A stretch of 60,766 nucleotides of DNA, the filler included, from Sphacelaria rigidula (taxonomy: Eukaryota): assembly GCA_964200075.2 (NCBI GenBank). It is 10 parts of 10 records of this genome, joined end to end, with 100 filler letters (N's around TTAATTAATTAA, not from the genome) between each part and the next. Parts side by side here need not be neighbours in the genome. Positions count along the whole stretch, not along the records: positions 36,523 to 42,508 come from CAXNAA020022994.1; positions 42,609 to 48,594 come from CAXNAA020022995.1; positions 48,695 to 54,680 come from CAXNAA020022996.1; 7 more parts are not named here. One strand, written 5' to 3'. Both the position numbers and the translations under genes were made by a program. The notes below the pieces were generated by a model. The model made no database searches and was not told the DNA's origin. It saw nothing but the letters and a program-made list of their open reading frames with translations. Shown one piece after another: positions 37,190-49,086 of the stretch. How positions within the stretch are numbered: position 1 is the stretch's first letter; each line of letters starts with the position of its first letter.

Positions 37190-37832
37190 GTGTGCATTCT
37201 TATCCCATCTATTCTGGACGCCAGTCCACATTCTTTCGGTATATGTGGGTGCATCAGCCGGGATCACACGGACGGAAGGCCAACACAAGAGTTGTCCTGT
37301 TTATTGTTACTCTGTTTTAGTTCTTCACCTTCCCTTTGCGGTACTTGCCTTATTTTTTTCATCACAAGAAGGGTTCAGAGATCCCTTCCCCTCGTCGACC
37401 GACACTTTTTACGATACCCCCCTCCCCCCCCCCAAAAGAAAGTGCCTGGTTTGGGGAGGCAAAATGTTCACGTAAATCGAGATGGAAAAAGCCGAGCACA
37501 ACGAGCAGCTGGGAATTCCCACTTTTGGGTTCGTTCTCGCCAATGTCGCCCATATGAGGCGCTCAATGCAGCCTGAACCCAAGCATCAGGCGCTTCATGA
37601 TCAATTTTGTTTTACAGTTTTGCACTGATTTTTGTTTTTTTTTGGGGGGGGGCTATCGTAGAAAGTGTCGACCGTGAAGTCGAATTTTAGGTAACACCAC
37701 GACATACCGTAGTCGCTCTGTTGGGCGTGGTGTGAGAAAAAATCCCAGATCGTGCAACCACAGAGATTCAAACCCACGACCCAACCGCCAGCAGTTTCTG
37801 AGGTTACCAACTGAGCTACTGGGGCGACCGGC
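37190..37832 (-). mobile_element. tRNA-derived SINE copy interrupted by MITE family A
   Basis: Minus-strand head GCCGGTCGCCCCAGTAGCTCAGTTGGTAACCTC..GGGTTTGAATCTC; the tail matches 2635-2690 and 59660-59725. Confidence 0.78.
37401..37669 (+). mobile_element. MITE family A copy, 4-bp TSD GACC
   Basis: GACC at 37397-37400 and 37670-37673. The empty site is visible in the SINE copy at ~59521-59545. Confidence 0.9.
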
Positions 37833-38537
37833 TTATAGTGATAAAAATAATTCACGTTTTCGCAGATAGAAATAAGAGAAAAAGCAGCGCTCAGACGAGA
37901 AGTAGACGAGGAAAAACACCTGAAGATATACGGGGGTTGAGAGAAGGGATCGGGATGAAAAACAAATCTGCATAGCCCAATGGACGCGGCGAAAAATATG
38001 AAACTACGATTTCGGGTGGGGGACATGGACATGCCGAAAAGAAGAAAGAGATATACCAGCAGTCGAAAGGAGGAGGAAGTAGATGCACAAAACTGCCTTT
38101 GTGGCAAAGCAATAGAAAGCAGAAGTTAGATAGGGACAGAATGTGAACTATACAAGGAGGAACGGAACGTGCTAGAGGGGGAAATGCGGGACGTGAACGA
38201 AGGTGNNNNNNNNNNGAAGGTGGCATGAAATCGTTTGATGCACTAGACAGTAGGGAGGAAACGATCGTTGTACTAGGAGATAGATGGTGGCCACAGCCGG
38301 CGAAACAGGACGGGGATAAGGTATGAAAAAGGTTTTTGTGCAATGTATGGAGGAACGTAATGAGCACCGGAATGTTGGAGGTGTCTCTACGCGGAGTAGG
38401 AACGGTGCTCCGTGTCGAAAAGGATGCGTGGTCAATGGTCTTGTGACTAAGGCAAGCAACAAATGAGTACGCCCCAGTCTTGTCCGTCGAAAACCCGACG
38501 TGCTCCGTCCCGGCTTTGTAGGGATGCGAGGTCAATG

Positions 38538-38964
38538 AACAGTGGATTCTCGAAAATGAAGTTGAAAAAATGAATGAGGTTCAACTCAACAGCCGCGCTT
38601 TCCCTGACCTAAATGCATAACAAATGGATTGCATATAGATGATCCCATCCCTCCCGACCCCCCTGAAACTATTTCGGGGGATTTCTAGCCTTTCGTTCCC
38701 GCAGAGGGTATGTGCGAAAGCATGATTTTTGGGCCAAACAAACGTAATTTTTTCGCCACGAAATCGAGGCATAAGTGTGCTTTCGCTCATGCCCTTTGGG
38801 AGAACGGAAGACTAAAAATCCCCCGAATTAGTTTCAGGGGGGTCGTGAGGGATGATGTCGTCCGTATGAAAGCCATTTGTCATGAGTTTAGGTCAGGGAA
38901 AGTACGGCTTTTTGAGCCGAATATTAGTTTTTGTTCTCAACCTCATTTTCGAGAATCCACTGTT
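38538..38964. mobile_element. MITE family C (TIR AACAGTGGATTCTCGAAAATG), foldback, probable 4-bp TSD AATG/AACG; copies at 41649-42068 and 42455-42508 (partial), related ends at ~11865 and ~30262
   Basis: Long internal inverted symmetry; it interrupts the R1 unit at GGTCAATG|GTC. Confidence 0.82.
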
Positions 38965-39133
38965 AACGGTCAGATAACGATGGCGTGCAAGATCGTGAGT
39001 ACACATCCCCCCCGCCCCCGCCCCCGCCCTCGCCCGCACCCGCGCCCCCCTCCCTCCCCGTGTGCTATCGTGAAACGAGTAGGTGGTTGTATATGCTGGG
39101 GTTGGAGAATTGTCTCGAGGAACAATGTTGCAG

Positions 39134-41358
39134 GAGTTCTCAGTAGCGGCAAAAGGACAATCGCCACCAGCAACATATTCGCCTTTTGCAACGGTGGAAG
39201 TACTGACGAGACCACCGACAGGCCGTGGAAATGCTGACGATGATGGAGATGATGGAGTCGCCGCAAGATCCTATCTCGGGAAGGCACCACCCGCGCAGCG
39301 AAGCGCCGGTGCCGGCCGCGCTCCCTACTCAGGAACCACCACCGCTTCGCTAAGAGCAGCGAAGGTTACCGCCGATGAAAGCAACAATGCAGCCGCAAAA
39401 TGCGAGGGCGCCCGTCGCAATGGCGATGACTGTGCCAGCACTGCTGGTGGACGGCTGCGGTTACCGCCGTCGGCGGAGTTACCCCCGACGCTTCCCTTGC
39501 GGTCACCCAATAGTCAGCGCCGCCCGATGTTCGCATCCGGTAGGCTCCTGCTGTCACCGAAGGGAGCAGCAGTAGTAGGTGGAGATGTCGCTGGCGCCGG
39601 CGTTGGCACCGTCACTGCAGTCGCCTCGACGAGCATTCCGATCTGTAGCTTTGCGTCGCCGAGACAGCAGCCGTGCAAAAGTATTACCGGGAATAATGGC
39701 GACAACCGAAGCAGCGTCGACTGCGGGTGGGGAGGGAATCAGGAGGAACAGGCTGCGTTGTGTGGGGGCTTGTGGGCGGCTTGCGGCGGGGAGGCGGACC
39801 CAAAAATGGTGTCTGGCTTCCAAAGGTGGGTCGGGTGGTAGGAATTGGGCATGATACCTACCGTACATTTTACATTTCTGCGTTAAAAATCACGATCTTA
39901 ATTGATTTTGATTGGATGGGTGATTGATTGGTTGATTTTTGCACTGTAACGGATCCCTCAGGGATCCAGACGTGGTAACATGATAGACGTGCCCGAGACA
40001 CGACAAAACTGGAAACACTCCCTGAAGAAAAGTGGGAGAAAAGCAGAAAAAAAAGGTATAATAGACAAACAGAGTAAACTGAAGAAGAAGAGCAAAGTGA
40101 AGATTAAACAAACAAAAAGATGTGTCTGAAAGAAGATGCAGGTATGTGTCGAGTCATCGTTCCAGGTCAAGGGTAGTCGCGCTGTTTGTTACACATGACG
40201 GTGTGCCATCATTTCAGCGCCAGTCAACGGCTCGCCGATTTCTACACCCGACATCCACCCCCACTTCAGAGAACCAACTGTGTGACCAGCCGAAGCAATG
40301 AAAACAGCACTGAACGTTTGTCTCGCAACTGTTGCACGAGTGGAGCGTTTTCTTGTCTGTAGTATGCACGTGGTTTTATCATTGCCGCACATGAACTGAT
40401 CCACTGCGAATTCAGCAATTGTCATTGGATACAAAATGGACGTACTCGAGATAAATACACGAGCAATGCTATGGTAGACGTGCACTTTTCGCGCATGCTC
40501 TCGTCGGGTTCAATGGCTCCTAACGATTCTAGATGCTCAAGAATACTGTCAGGGCGCCCCCGTTTGCAAATTCATTCGGGAAATCCCCCAGCACGTTGGA
40601 AAAGTAATCCTGGCGTACTCTCACATATTTCATGAGAAGTCGTGTTCTAGACGAGATCAAGCGCTCCAAACATTTTTTACCGCAGAAAATAGTTGTGCAC
40701 CCCTACCGTAGGATCATTCACACGGAAAACACATGTCAATGGAAACTCGAGAGAGGGGAAAGTCAAGAAGGACGCGGAAAAAATAAATTCGGTGAATTGA
40801 ATAAGAAGAAAAAGGATTTCCAAAAAAAAAAGGAGGGAAGAAAATAAAAAAGAACTAACGGCAAAAAATAAAATAAGTGAAATATATACGAAGGGGAAGG
40901 AGAGAAGAACAACAAGCAGAACACCAGACTGCGATTGAGAAATAGACACCTCCGTTCTTTGAAATCTTCGACAGGCCTCTGCTCTGCGGGTTCAGGCCAG
41001 GAGATCGAACGCAGATATATTGAAGACGTGAAATATTACACCGTCAATGGGATGGCACTCCAGAGTTCACGCAAAGTACTTCACGATCAAGGAGCTGATT
41101 GATTTTTTTCGGCGGTGTATATCTGCCTCGACTCGACGTGTTTACCTTAACATGCCTCCCGTATTCCCACGCAGGTATCAGTACTACATAGACCACGACG
41201 AACAGCTGGCCGAGAGCGTCGCCACGTTACAGCCGACCGTCATAGCCGGGATCCTTCGGAAGGGCATGCAAGGACTCCTCGTGAGCGGCAGTTGTGGGGA
41301 CGGCGGGGGCGGCAGCGGCGGTCACCTGGGCGGACTCTTCGACTTCGCATCGTCGCAG
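39134..41358 (+). CDS. Two exons (~39134-39825 and 41175-41358) of a host gene; low-complexity N-terminus followed by RYQYYIDHD.., possibly an inner-arm dynein heavy chain N-terminal region
   Basis: Open GC-rich frames. AG|GTGGGT donor and CCACGCAG|G acceptor join in frame (..GFQ-R-YQYYIDHDEQLAESVATLQPTVIAGILRK). The product is only a weak recalled resemblance. Confidence 0.55.
39895..40150 (-). mobile_element. (CAAT)n-tailed retroposon 3' end; copies at ~49370-49700 (-) and a stub at 57355-57390 (+)
   Basis: GGGCACGTCTATC..ACCACG-hairpin-AGTGC followed by CAAT-type repeats in both longer copies. Confidence 0.65.
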
Positions 41359-42608
41359 GTGCAGTAGCAATGTCTGTCGTGTTGAATGGACATCAGCAAC
41401 GGAACTAAACTATCCAAGGTTTTCGATGGAAATGTGTATTCTGAATAAAACATGTATATTGGAGAAGTACACGCTTATAATACCAGTCAATCTCCCGTCT
41501 GTCTGCTGAATCCACGGCGGCAGAGTTGCTGAGTAAACTCTGTTCTGCTTGAAGATGGATATCAAAGCATTTAATTTCCTGGCGGATCGAATGCGCGTGT
41601 GTTAAGCTGATATCAAGCGCACAAGTTAACATAGATATGGAGCCATTGAAGAGCGAATTCTCGAAAATGGGGTTGAAAAAACAAAAAGGTTTAACTCAAA
41701 AGCCCGTGTTTCCCTGACCTAGGTTCATGAAAAATGACTTTCATATGGACGACTTCATTCCTCCCGACCCCCCTGAAACTATTTCGGGTTTTTTTTAGCC
41801 TTCCGTTCCCCTACAGGGTATGTGCGATAGCACACTTTTGCCTCGATTTCGGGGTGAAAAAAGGACGCTTTTTGGCCAATAAATCATGATTTCGCACATG
41901 CCCTTTGGGGGAACGGAAGGCTAGGAATCCCCCGAAATGGTTTGAGGTAGGTCGGGACGGATGGGGTCCTCCATGCGAAACTCATTGGTCATGAATTTAG
42001 GTCGGGGAAAGCACGGCTTTTGCGTTGAATCCCATTTTTTGCAACCCCATTTTCGAGAATCTACTGTTGTTCCTGTGTGCTGCCTTCACTCGATCGAGCT
42101 GCGTTCTGGTGATTCTCTCGATCTTACTTCGCCGCTTATTGTCGGTACCATTGTTGTGTCGGGTGGTTGGTTCACCCATCGAGAAAAGAGGTTGAAGGAC
42201 GCCGAGGATCTCGGAACGAATTCTGCACTGAAACCGAGTCAGAACTAAATTTTTTGCACGACGGTTGATTTCAATCTTCTCACATGTCGCCAGTTTTCCC
42301 CTCGGAAAAAGCATGGGGTGCTTATATCCCGCGTGTAACACCCAGCACAGTCAGTACAGCGCCGTGAGATGGGACCAGTCACTACCTTGATGAGCTTTCC
42401 CACACTCACAGACTCACACGGGATCCTGAGCGATGATGACAAGATTTATCTAATAACAGCCGATTCTCGAAAATGGGGTTGAAAAAAAAATGAGGTTCAA
42501 CTCAAAAGNNNNNNNNNNNNNNNNNNNNNNNNNNNNNNNNNNNNNNNNNNNNTTAATTAATTAANNNNNNNNNNNNNNNNNNNNNNNNNNNNNNNNNNNN
42601 NNNNNNNN

Positions 42609-45600
42609 CCGCGACGATGGATACATCCAAGTCGTCAAGTTCCGCCACTCGCGCAAGCAAGTACTTGAACACCTGTGTTTGCGGGATTTCCGGGATGTAA
42701 TTTGGGATACTGTCGTAGTTCAGGTTGAGATACATCAATATCTCATCGTAGACAGCGTCGAGGCGAGAGCGCTGCGGAGTGAGCATATGTCCCGCACTGC
42801 TGAAGTCCCGCTCGATAGCGGCTGCTGTAGCAGGGTGACCGAACACAGACCTCACTACATGTAACAGCCAGCGGAACTCCCTAGTGCCGTAGTCTCTCCA
42901 CCACTTCAGCACGTCCTCAAACGGCACCTGTGGCAAAGGTACGAATTGTGGGCATGCCGATGACGTGATCGCGGTTCAATCGCCAATTGTTACATTCATT
43001 AATTTATTGACTTATAGCATTGGCTAACTGGCATAAATAGTTGACTTCCATGATTAGCTGATGGGACCAATCTAGCCCGTGCTCACAAGGAGATACAACA
43101 ACGGAGAGACGCCCGGGAGGGGAACAGGGAAAAAGCCTAGGAATTGTATATGATGTTGCAACAGATATGCAACCACTAATGCACACAGAGCCGAAACCAG
43201 CAAACTACAGGAATAGCAGTGTTGCACAACTACCACGCTGTTCTTGTACTAACCACGATCGAGTACCGAACTCGAATATCTAGCGGTGTGGGTCAAACCG
43301 TAGCGCACCTCCTGAAGCCGCACTTTTCTCATGGCGATGTACGCCCTCCACTCAGTCTCCACCTCGCCCTCCGGTGTGGCCGTTTTCGCGACCTCGTCTT
43401 CAGAATCGCTGGAATCGACCAAATGGTCGTATCTCACAGCTTCTTCTTCCAGGCGTGCACCCCTGGCAGATATAATCTTCCAGCGTTTCGGCGCTGGCGC
43501 TGCAGGGCGCAAGTCGGCTTCCAGCCGGGTACCTTCCGTGTCGACCCCCGCCGTGCGAGCGCCAACCGTTGTGGCGGCCTCGACCGCCTGACGTTTGATC
43601 TCTCTGTACACTCTTTGCTGCTTTGCAATCACATCGGCTTCACTGGTACCATCCTTGCCGCCCCATCTCACTCCCTCTTCCTTTGTGAGGCGCACGTTGG
43701 ACATGTACTTCAACTTCTATAATGGCGGGAACAGCGCAAGCGCCATGTCGACGACCACACAGGTATCCTTCTCCCAGTATGGCGCGTGATACCGCGTGAC
43801 GAAGGCGTCCGCCAGCTTGGTATGAGTCTCGCGCACGATGGGGGCCAGGTCGTCATGCGCGATCTCAACCGGGCGGGCTACATACTCCTTGTCCTCGAAT
43901 GCAAAGGAATCCGGGATGAGAGTCACCTGTTGGAAGGTAAAGACCGAGGGTTGTGGACCACATAGGCAGGTTCCAGGGTTGCTATTGTAAATAAGTGTAA
44001 AATGCGTCTGCCGTTGAGCTACGCATGATCATATTCAGCACATTGCCAGATTATTCACTCAGACGACACATAATGACCCTCAGAAACGAAGGAAAAATAC
44101 TAGAAATACCCAACCCGTCAAATGTTTGGTATGTACCTTGCGCATATCGTGTTGAGTTTAATAAAAATTATTTGAATCAAGGGTGGACCCCGCGATTTCC
44201 TGTCCGTGACCCGACGGGTATCTAGTTATTGTCAAAAATCATAATAGTTCACGCAACACTCGCGTGACCGGGCACAACATTTGAACGGCAAAGCGTTGAG
44301 AGCCAGAGCGGTCATCGTGAAAGAGAGCCTTCAAGCACATGCGAAAAACAACACTCCGGCGCTCACCGTCAAGCTCGCAGCGAGGTTGAGCACGCCGACC
44401 TTCAGCTCGGCCATATTCACTACAGTCTTGCCGGCAGTCCACGTGGATAGCGCCTGCGAATCCTTCATGATGTCCGACACGGGGTAGACTAGGGCGAACA
44501 GCTGGGGGATGATCTCCTCCGATTCCGCCAGGGGGAAAACGGCCTTCTCGTTCTTGCGGTAATGTATACCAAGCACCGGCCAGACCGACAGGATCACCTC
44601 CAGGACGTTGACCAGGGTCAACCATCCGTGGGGCGCGTCGTTGACAAGTTTCACCTTTCCCCCACCTTCTCCCTCTGCACAAACACGCACACACCACAGT
44701 ACGACGGCAGACACGGCACACAGCACACAACGTCAGTCAAGCAATGATGTCGGACAGGCAGGATGAACGCGAAGGAAGCGAACACTCCAACGCTCATGCT
44801 GCGAGTACGCTTTTGAACGGGGTTCCCGCATCACTTCAAGAACACTGCGTGACATGGTTCTCTGTTTTTGTTCGTCAACTTGCACTCGACTTCCGATCTC
44901 TTGCTTATTTATCGGTATTTGGTGTTACAGCCTCGTATCGTCCTACTAAATTCACAGTGGATCCGTACAGGTGAGACAATCGATCAAGCCAACCAGTCTA
45001 CTTCCATACCATCAGCTCGTCGAACGTCGGCCTCATTTTCGCGGACTTGTTGAAGTGCTCGACGACGCTCTTCACTTTCTCGATCTCCGCCCGGCATGCC
45101 TGGTTCTTCGATTTGGCTGGGTCAACGTGCGTTCCCATCGCGTCGGCTAACGCACGATTGGCCATATATGCGGCACGCACCATGCCCACTCGGCATCGAA
45201 GAGGACGTTCAGCATGCGCTTGATATCGCTGCCGCTGTCTGAGGTCTAGCTGTACACGTCGTCCACTTTCAACCCGTGCTCTGCGAGCACGCACTCCGTC
45301 CACTTCAGCAGCGCGTCAGAAGCCTTTAACGCCGTCAAGGTCGACGACGGATTGTATACTTTCAACTGGCATGAAGAGAACGCCGCGAGGGGGGACGAGG
45401 GTCCGTTGGCGAGTTCACCTTAAATCCACGGCGCAACACGACTCATCGAGAAATTTCGAGGGAGAATCAAAGGTGCCCACATGCAAGTAGCAGCTTTAAA
45501 GCTGCGTGTGATAATAATTAAAAAAAGGTTCATGAAATGAACAGTATTTAGCTTTGTTCCAAGTCGCTGTTGGCTTCCCAGTATTTCAGGTGTCGATCTA

Positions 45601-46680
45601 CCAAACATGATGTCGTTAGCGATGAGTCAAAGAGCTTTTATCGTTCAATACATATCTGGCATTGACGCATGACGTTCGTTGATAAAAAATTCGTGTTGAT
45701 GAAGCTTCAATTCTTCGGACAACTTTGGAGTCAAGTAAGGCTAAGTTATGTTTAAAGGCTTCCGCAATACACTTCGCATGACGCTTCCACGACAAGAAAA
45801 AGACCAGACGAATACCACGATGCTCTGCAATAGTTGCTTAATCAAGCTAAACGCATCTATCTGACCAAGCTAAACGCATTTATCTGCACCGCCAATTTGC
45901 GTCCCCTGTACGCCACATGTTATGGTGGCAAAGAGGGCCAACAATCAAAGGCGCTACCTCTCCCAAGTCGCTCCAGAAGGGCTATTTATTGAGTGTTTCT
46001 TAATATGAAGGAAAAAAAATCCTGCGATCGCCTAAGGGGGCGAGTGAGGGGTGGGATGTGGGGAGAGCATGGGGTCTGAGATTTGTTTGGGCACCCTTGG
46101 GAGGACTAGTATGTACTATATTTGGTGGTCCTCTGTCCATTGTTTCACAATTTTCATTGGCAAGGCGGCGTGTATTTTTTCCCCCCTCTTTCGTCGCTGA
46201 GGGGAGTATGAAGCATGATTGAAGCGAAGCGACATGCTACAAAATGTAAAGAAGACCAGGCACACTGCTCTCACTACTCATACTTCCGTCTTGCTACGCT
46301 TACCGCGAGGTTGGAGCTGCGGAGGCTCTATTCTTCGACCCAGAACACCCTCACGCCCAAATAAGCTCTCCCCGATCCCTCGTCGTCCCATTTGTCCACG
46401 TTGAGGTGAACACATGGCAGGCACGCCTTATCCGCGAGGTTTCGCAGCCTTCCCGTCTCGTCCGCCTTCGTCGCCGAGTACGTCTCGAGGAGTACATGTT
46501 TCACCCCTTTCGCACTGAGATGCGGCGTCGGTTCCGACTTGCCTTCAGGATCCATCATCATCGCTGCGTGGAAGTGTCGCACATCCTTGTCCTCAACATA
46601 GGTGAATGGCAAGAACCTTTTCGCCAGAACGTGTGCTTACATCACCTGCCTGTATCTGCCGTTACGTCCGACACATAGAT
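42609..46680 (-). pseudogene. hAT-superfamily transposase pseudogene with at least 5 exons (~46680-46310, 45365-45010, ~44674-44367, 43926-43309, 42927-42609)
   Basis: First catalytic D in HLNVDKW, second in TSDSGSD, a WC..H motif, and the hATC dimerisation domain LKWWR..F..L..V.RSVFGHPATAAAIERDFSSAG..LT..RSRL. GT-AG boundaries; in-frame stops and frameshifts. Confidence 0.88.
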
Positions 46681-46961
46681 ACGTAACTGGGAGAGGAATC
46701 GTTCATGTCATATTCGAGAATAAGCAGCAAATGGTTATACTCAAAATGGTGATAATATACACTACAGTGATACCCCCTGGTCGGCGACATATTTCAAACA
46801 CAGTTTGTCAAATAAGAAATGATGCGACATACAGACAGCACAACTGTAGCGTGACATGTTTGGTGGTACTCACGCAACGGTAGTACAGCACGTTGTGGGA
46901 GGTGCCGCATCCCCAACACGCACACGTTATGCGTACGGTGCAAAATTGCCATCACCTCATG

Positions 46962-47254
46962 CACGGGTGGCCACTGGGGTCTGTAACCTGGTCATTTTGG
47001 GACCTTGTCCACCTTTGGCAAGGTCCGCGGGTTGGGTAGACAACTGAGGAGCATTCGCACAGCATGGACAGGATCGAAACAAAACACGTCCCAGTCTATA
47101 GGCGGGTGACTCCCCTGTAGACTGGAACATGCGTTGTTCCAAACCTGTCCATGCTGTGCGAATGCTCTTCAGTTGTCTACCCAACCCGCGGACCTTGCCA
47201 AAGGTGGATAAGGTCTCAAAATGGCCAGGTTACAGACCTCAGTGGCCACCCGTG
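46962..47254. mobile_element. MITE family B copy, 293-bp near-perfect hairpin
   Basis: CACGGGTGGCCACTG..CAGTGGCCACCCGTG-TA; arms of ~140 bp; left flank is TG. Confidence 0.88.
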
Positions 47255-47257
47255 TAG

Positions 47258-48386
47258 CGTAGTGCAGAGGGGTGCGTCAATGCTGCAATCTGGGGCACAC
47301 ACTGACTGCGTGAACACCTCGGTACAGTAGCTTCCCATAATTAATTCCGAGGTGAGGAGGTCATGCATCACAAGCCGGGGCGAGATATGACCCCACGAGG
47401 AACAAGAGTGCTCTACGATCAACCACTTATTGTCGCATTTGACACCCACGCCATCAACCGCCGGCCGCAAAGGTCTTGTGGTTTTCAAGCAACGCTGGCG
47501 GCAGTGCGGCAGACAAACCCGATCATAGCTAGCTTTCGTTGCTCTACTGTACTGACTGCCATCTGCAGAGAGGTCACCCACCGTAACAGCATGTACCGAA
47601 TTTCGCAACAGCTATAGAAACAAAACAGTTCCATTTCCTGAACTACGTCCACATGATTAGATGACTCTTGTTACCTGAGGGAAAGTGTCCGCTTTGGGTC
47701 AGGCCAAACGTGCGAAGGTACTGTTGAACAGCACTACCGAACTTTGCTAGCATTGACATACGCCAATCAGTACAGAACTGAACAGAAATCGACAGTTTAA
47801 CGTTCTCATTAGAAAGCAACGGGCATGAAAAGATTTGCAGGTGGGAAAACGCGAATTTTCATACAGGAGAAACTCTCTGTTCCCCCGTGAGTGTTACATG
47901 CACTTGCGAAAACTTTGTCGTCATTATTTCATATCTGGCGGGGGGATGGGGAAGCCTCGGGTTCCTCAGGTAACGAGGGTCCTCCAATCATGTGGACGTA
48001 GTTCAGGAAATGGAACTGTTTTGTTTCTATAGCTGTTGCGAAATTCGGTACATGCTGTTACGGTGGGTGACCTCTCTGCAGATGGCAGTCAGTACAGTAG
48101 AGCAACAAAAGCTAGCTATGATCGGGTTTGCCTGCCGCACTGCCGCCAGCGTTGCTTGAAAACCACAAGACCTTTGCGGCCGGCGGTTGATGGCGTGGGT
48201 GTCAAATGCGACGACAAGTGGTTGATCGTAGAGCACTCTTGTTCCTCGTGGGGTCATATCTCGCCCCGGCTTGTGATGCATGACCTCCTCACCTCGAAAT
48301 TAATTATGGGAAGCTACTGTACCGAGGTGTTCACGCAGTCAGTGTGTGCCCCAGATTGCAGCATTGACGCACCCCTCTGCACCACG
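47258..48386. repeat. Near-identical inverted duplication of ~423 bp of R1 (47258-47680 versus 47964-48386)
   Basis: Direct alignment; the ORF track shows mirrored, almost identical peptides. Confidence 0.9.
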
Positions 48387-48852
48387 ACTATATAGTGGCA
48401 GAGCATGGAAGTAGTACAGAAATGGAAGTACATGTGTGCGTGGAGGACGTTGGAACCACAGATCATTGTGTCATGAGGAAGGAAGATAGAGAGGCGTTAT
48501 TTGTTCCTTCAGACAGTTTTGGGGCAGGTTGGCTCACAGATCACTCGATCCAGCCATGGGAATGCTTCCAAAGTTCTGGGAAAGGTTGATGTACNNNNNN
48601 NNNNNNNNNNNNNNNNNNNNNNNNNNNNNNNNNNNNNNTTAATTAATTAANNNNNNNNNNNNNNNNNNNNNNNNNNNNNNNNNNNNNNNNNNNNAAAGGG
48701 ATGCGTGGTCAATGGTCAAACGACTGAGGCAAGCAACAAATGAGTACGCCCCCCCCCCCTGCCGCCGTCTCTCCCCATTGCTTCGTATTCTGTGTTGACT
48801 GGCTCCTTTGGTGCCTTGCTGGTAATGCGCGCGCATCGTAACACGGCACCAG

Positions 48853-49086
48853 TTCGGCTTCGCTGGTGCAGCCGTCGCGCGCATCTGGGCCGACAAAATA
48901 CTGGAATGGGTCTCGATGGGGCAGGATACTCCGGCCGAGGAAGCGTTTTGGATGATGGTTCTCAACCCGCTGCCGCGTATTGGTTTCAGTCCTTTGGCGG
49001 CGGGACTGCAGACAGTGTGCGTGCTCATCGTTATGAGAGGGGTTAAGCTCGGCAAGCGAATCACGACCGTGTTGACGACCATCAAG
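48853..49086 (+). CDS. Internal exon of an APC-superfamily (cationic amino acid transporter-like) permease
   Basis: CAG acceptor and AAG|GTATGG donor, 234 bp, phase 0. FGFAGAAVARIWADK..FSPLAAGLQTVCVLIVMRGVKLGKRITTVLTTIK fits the CAT pattern EY..sGAAVARsW..GV..s....vft..K. Confidence 0.78.

Noticed and set aside
18529..46680. Multi-gene system linking the pogo, Gypsy, hammerhead and hAT elements, or a Fanzor/TnpB cargo
   Set aside because: They lie on different artificially joined scaffolds, and no RuvC or zinc-ribbon motif set was seen.
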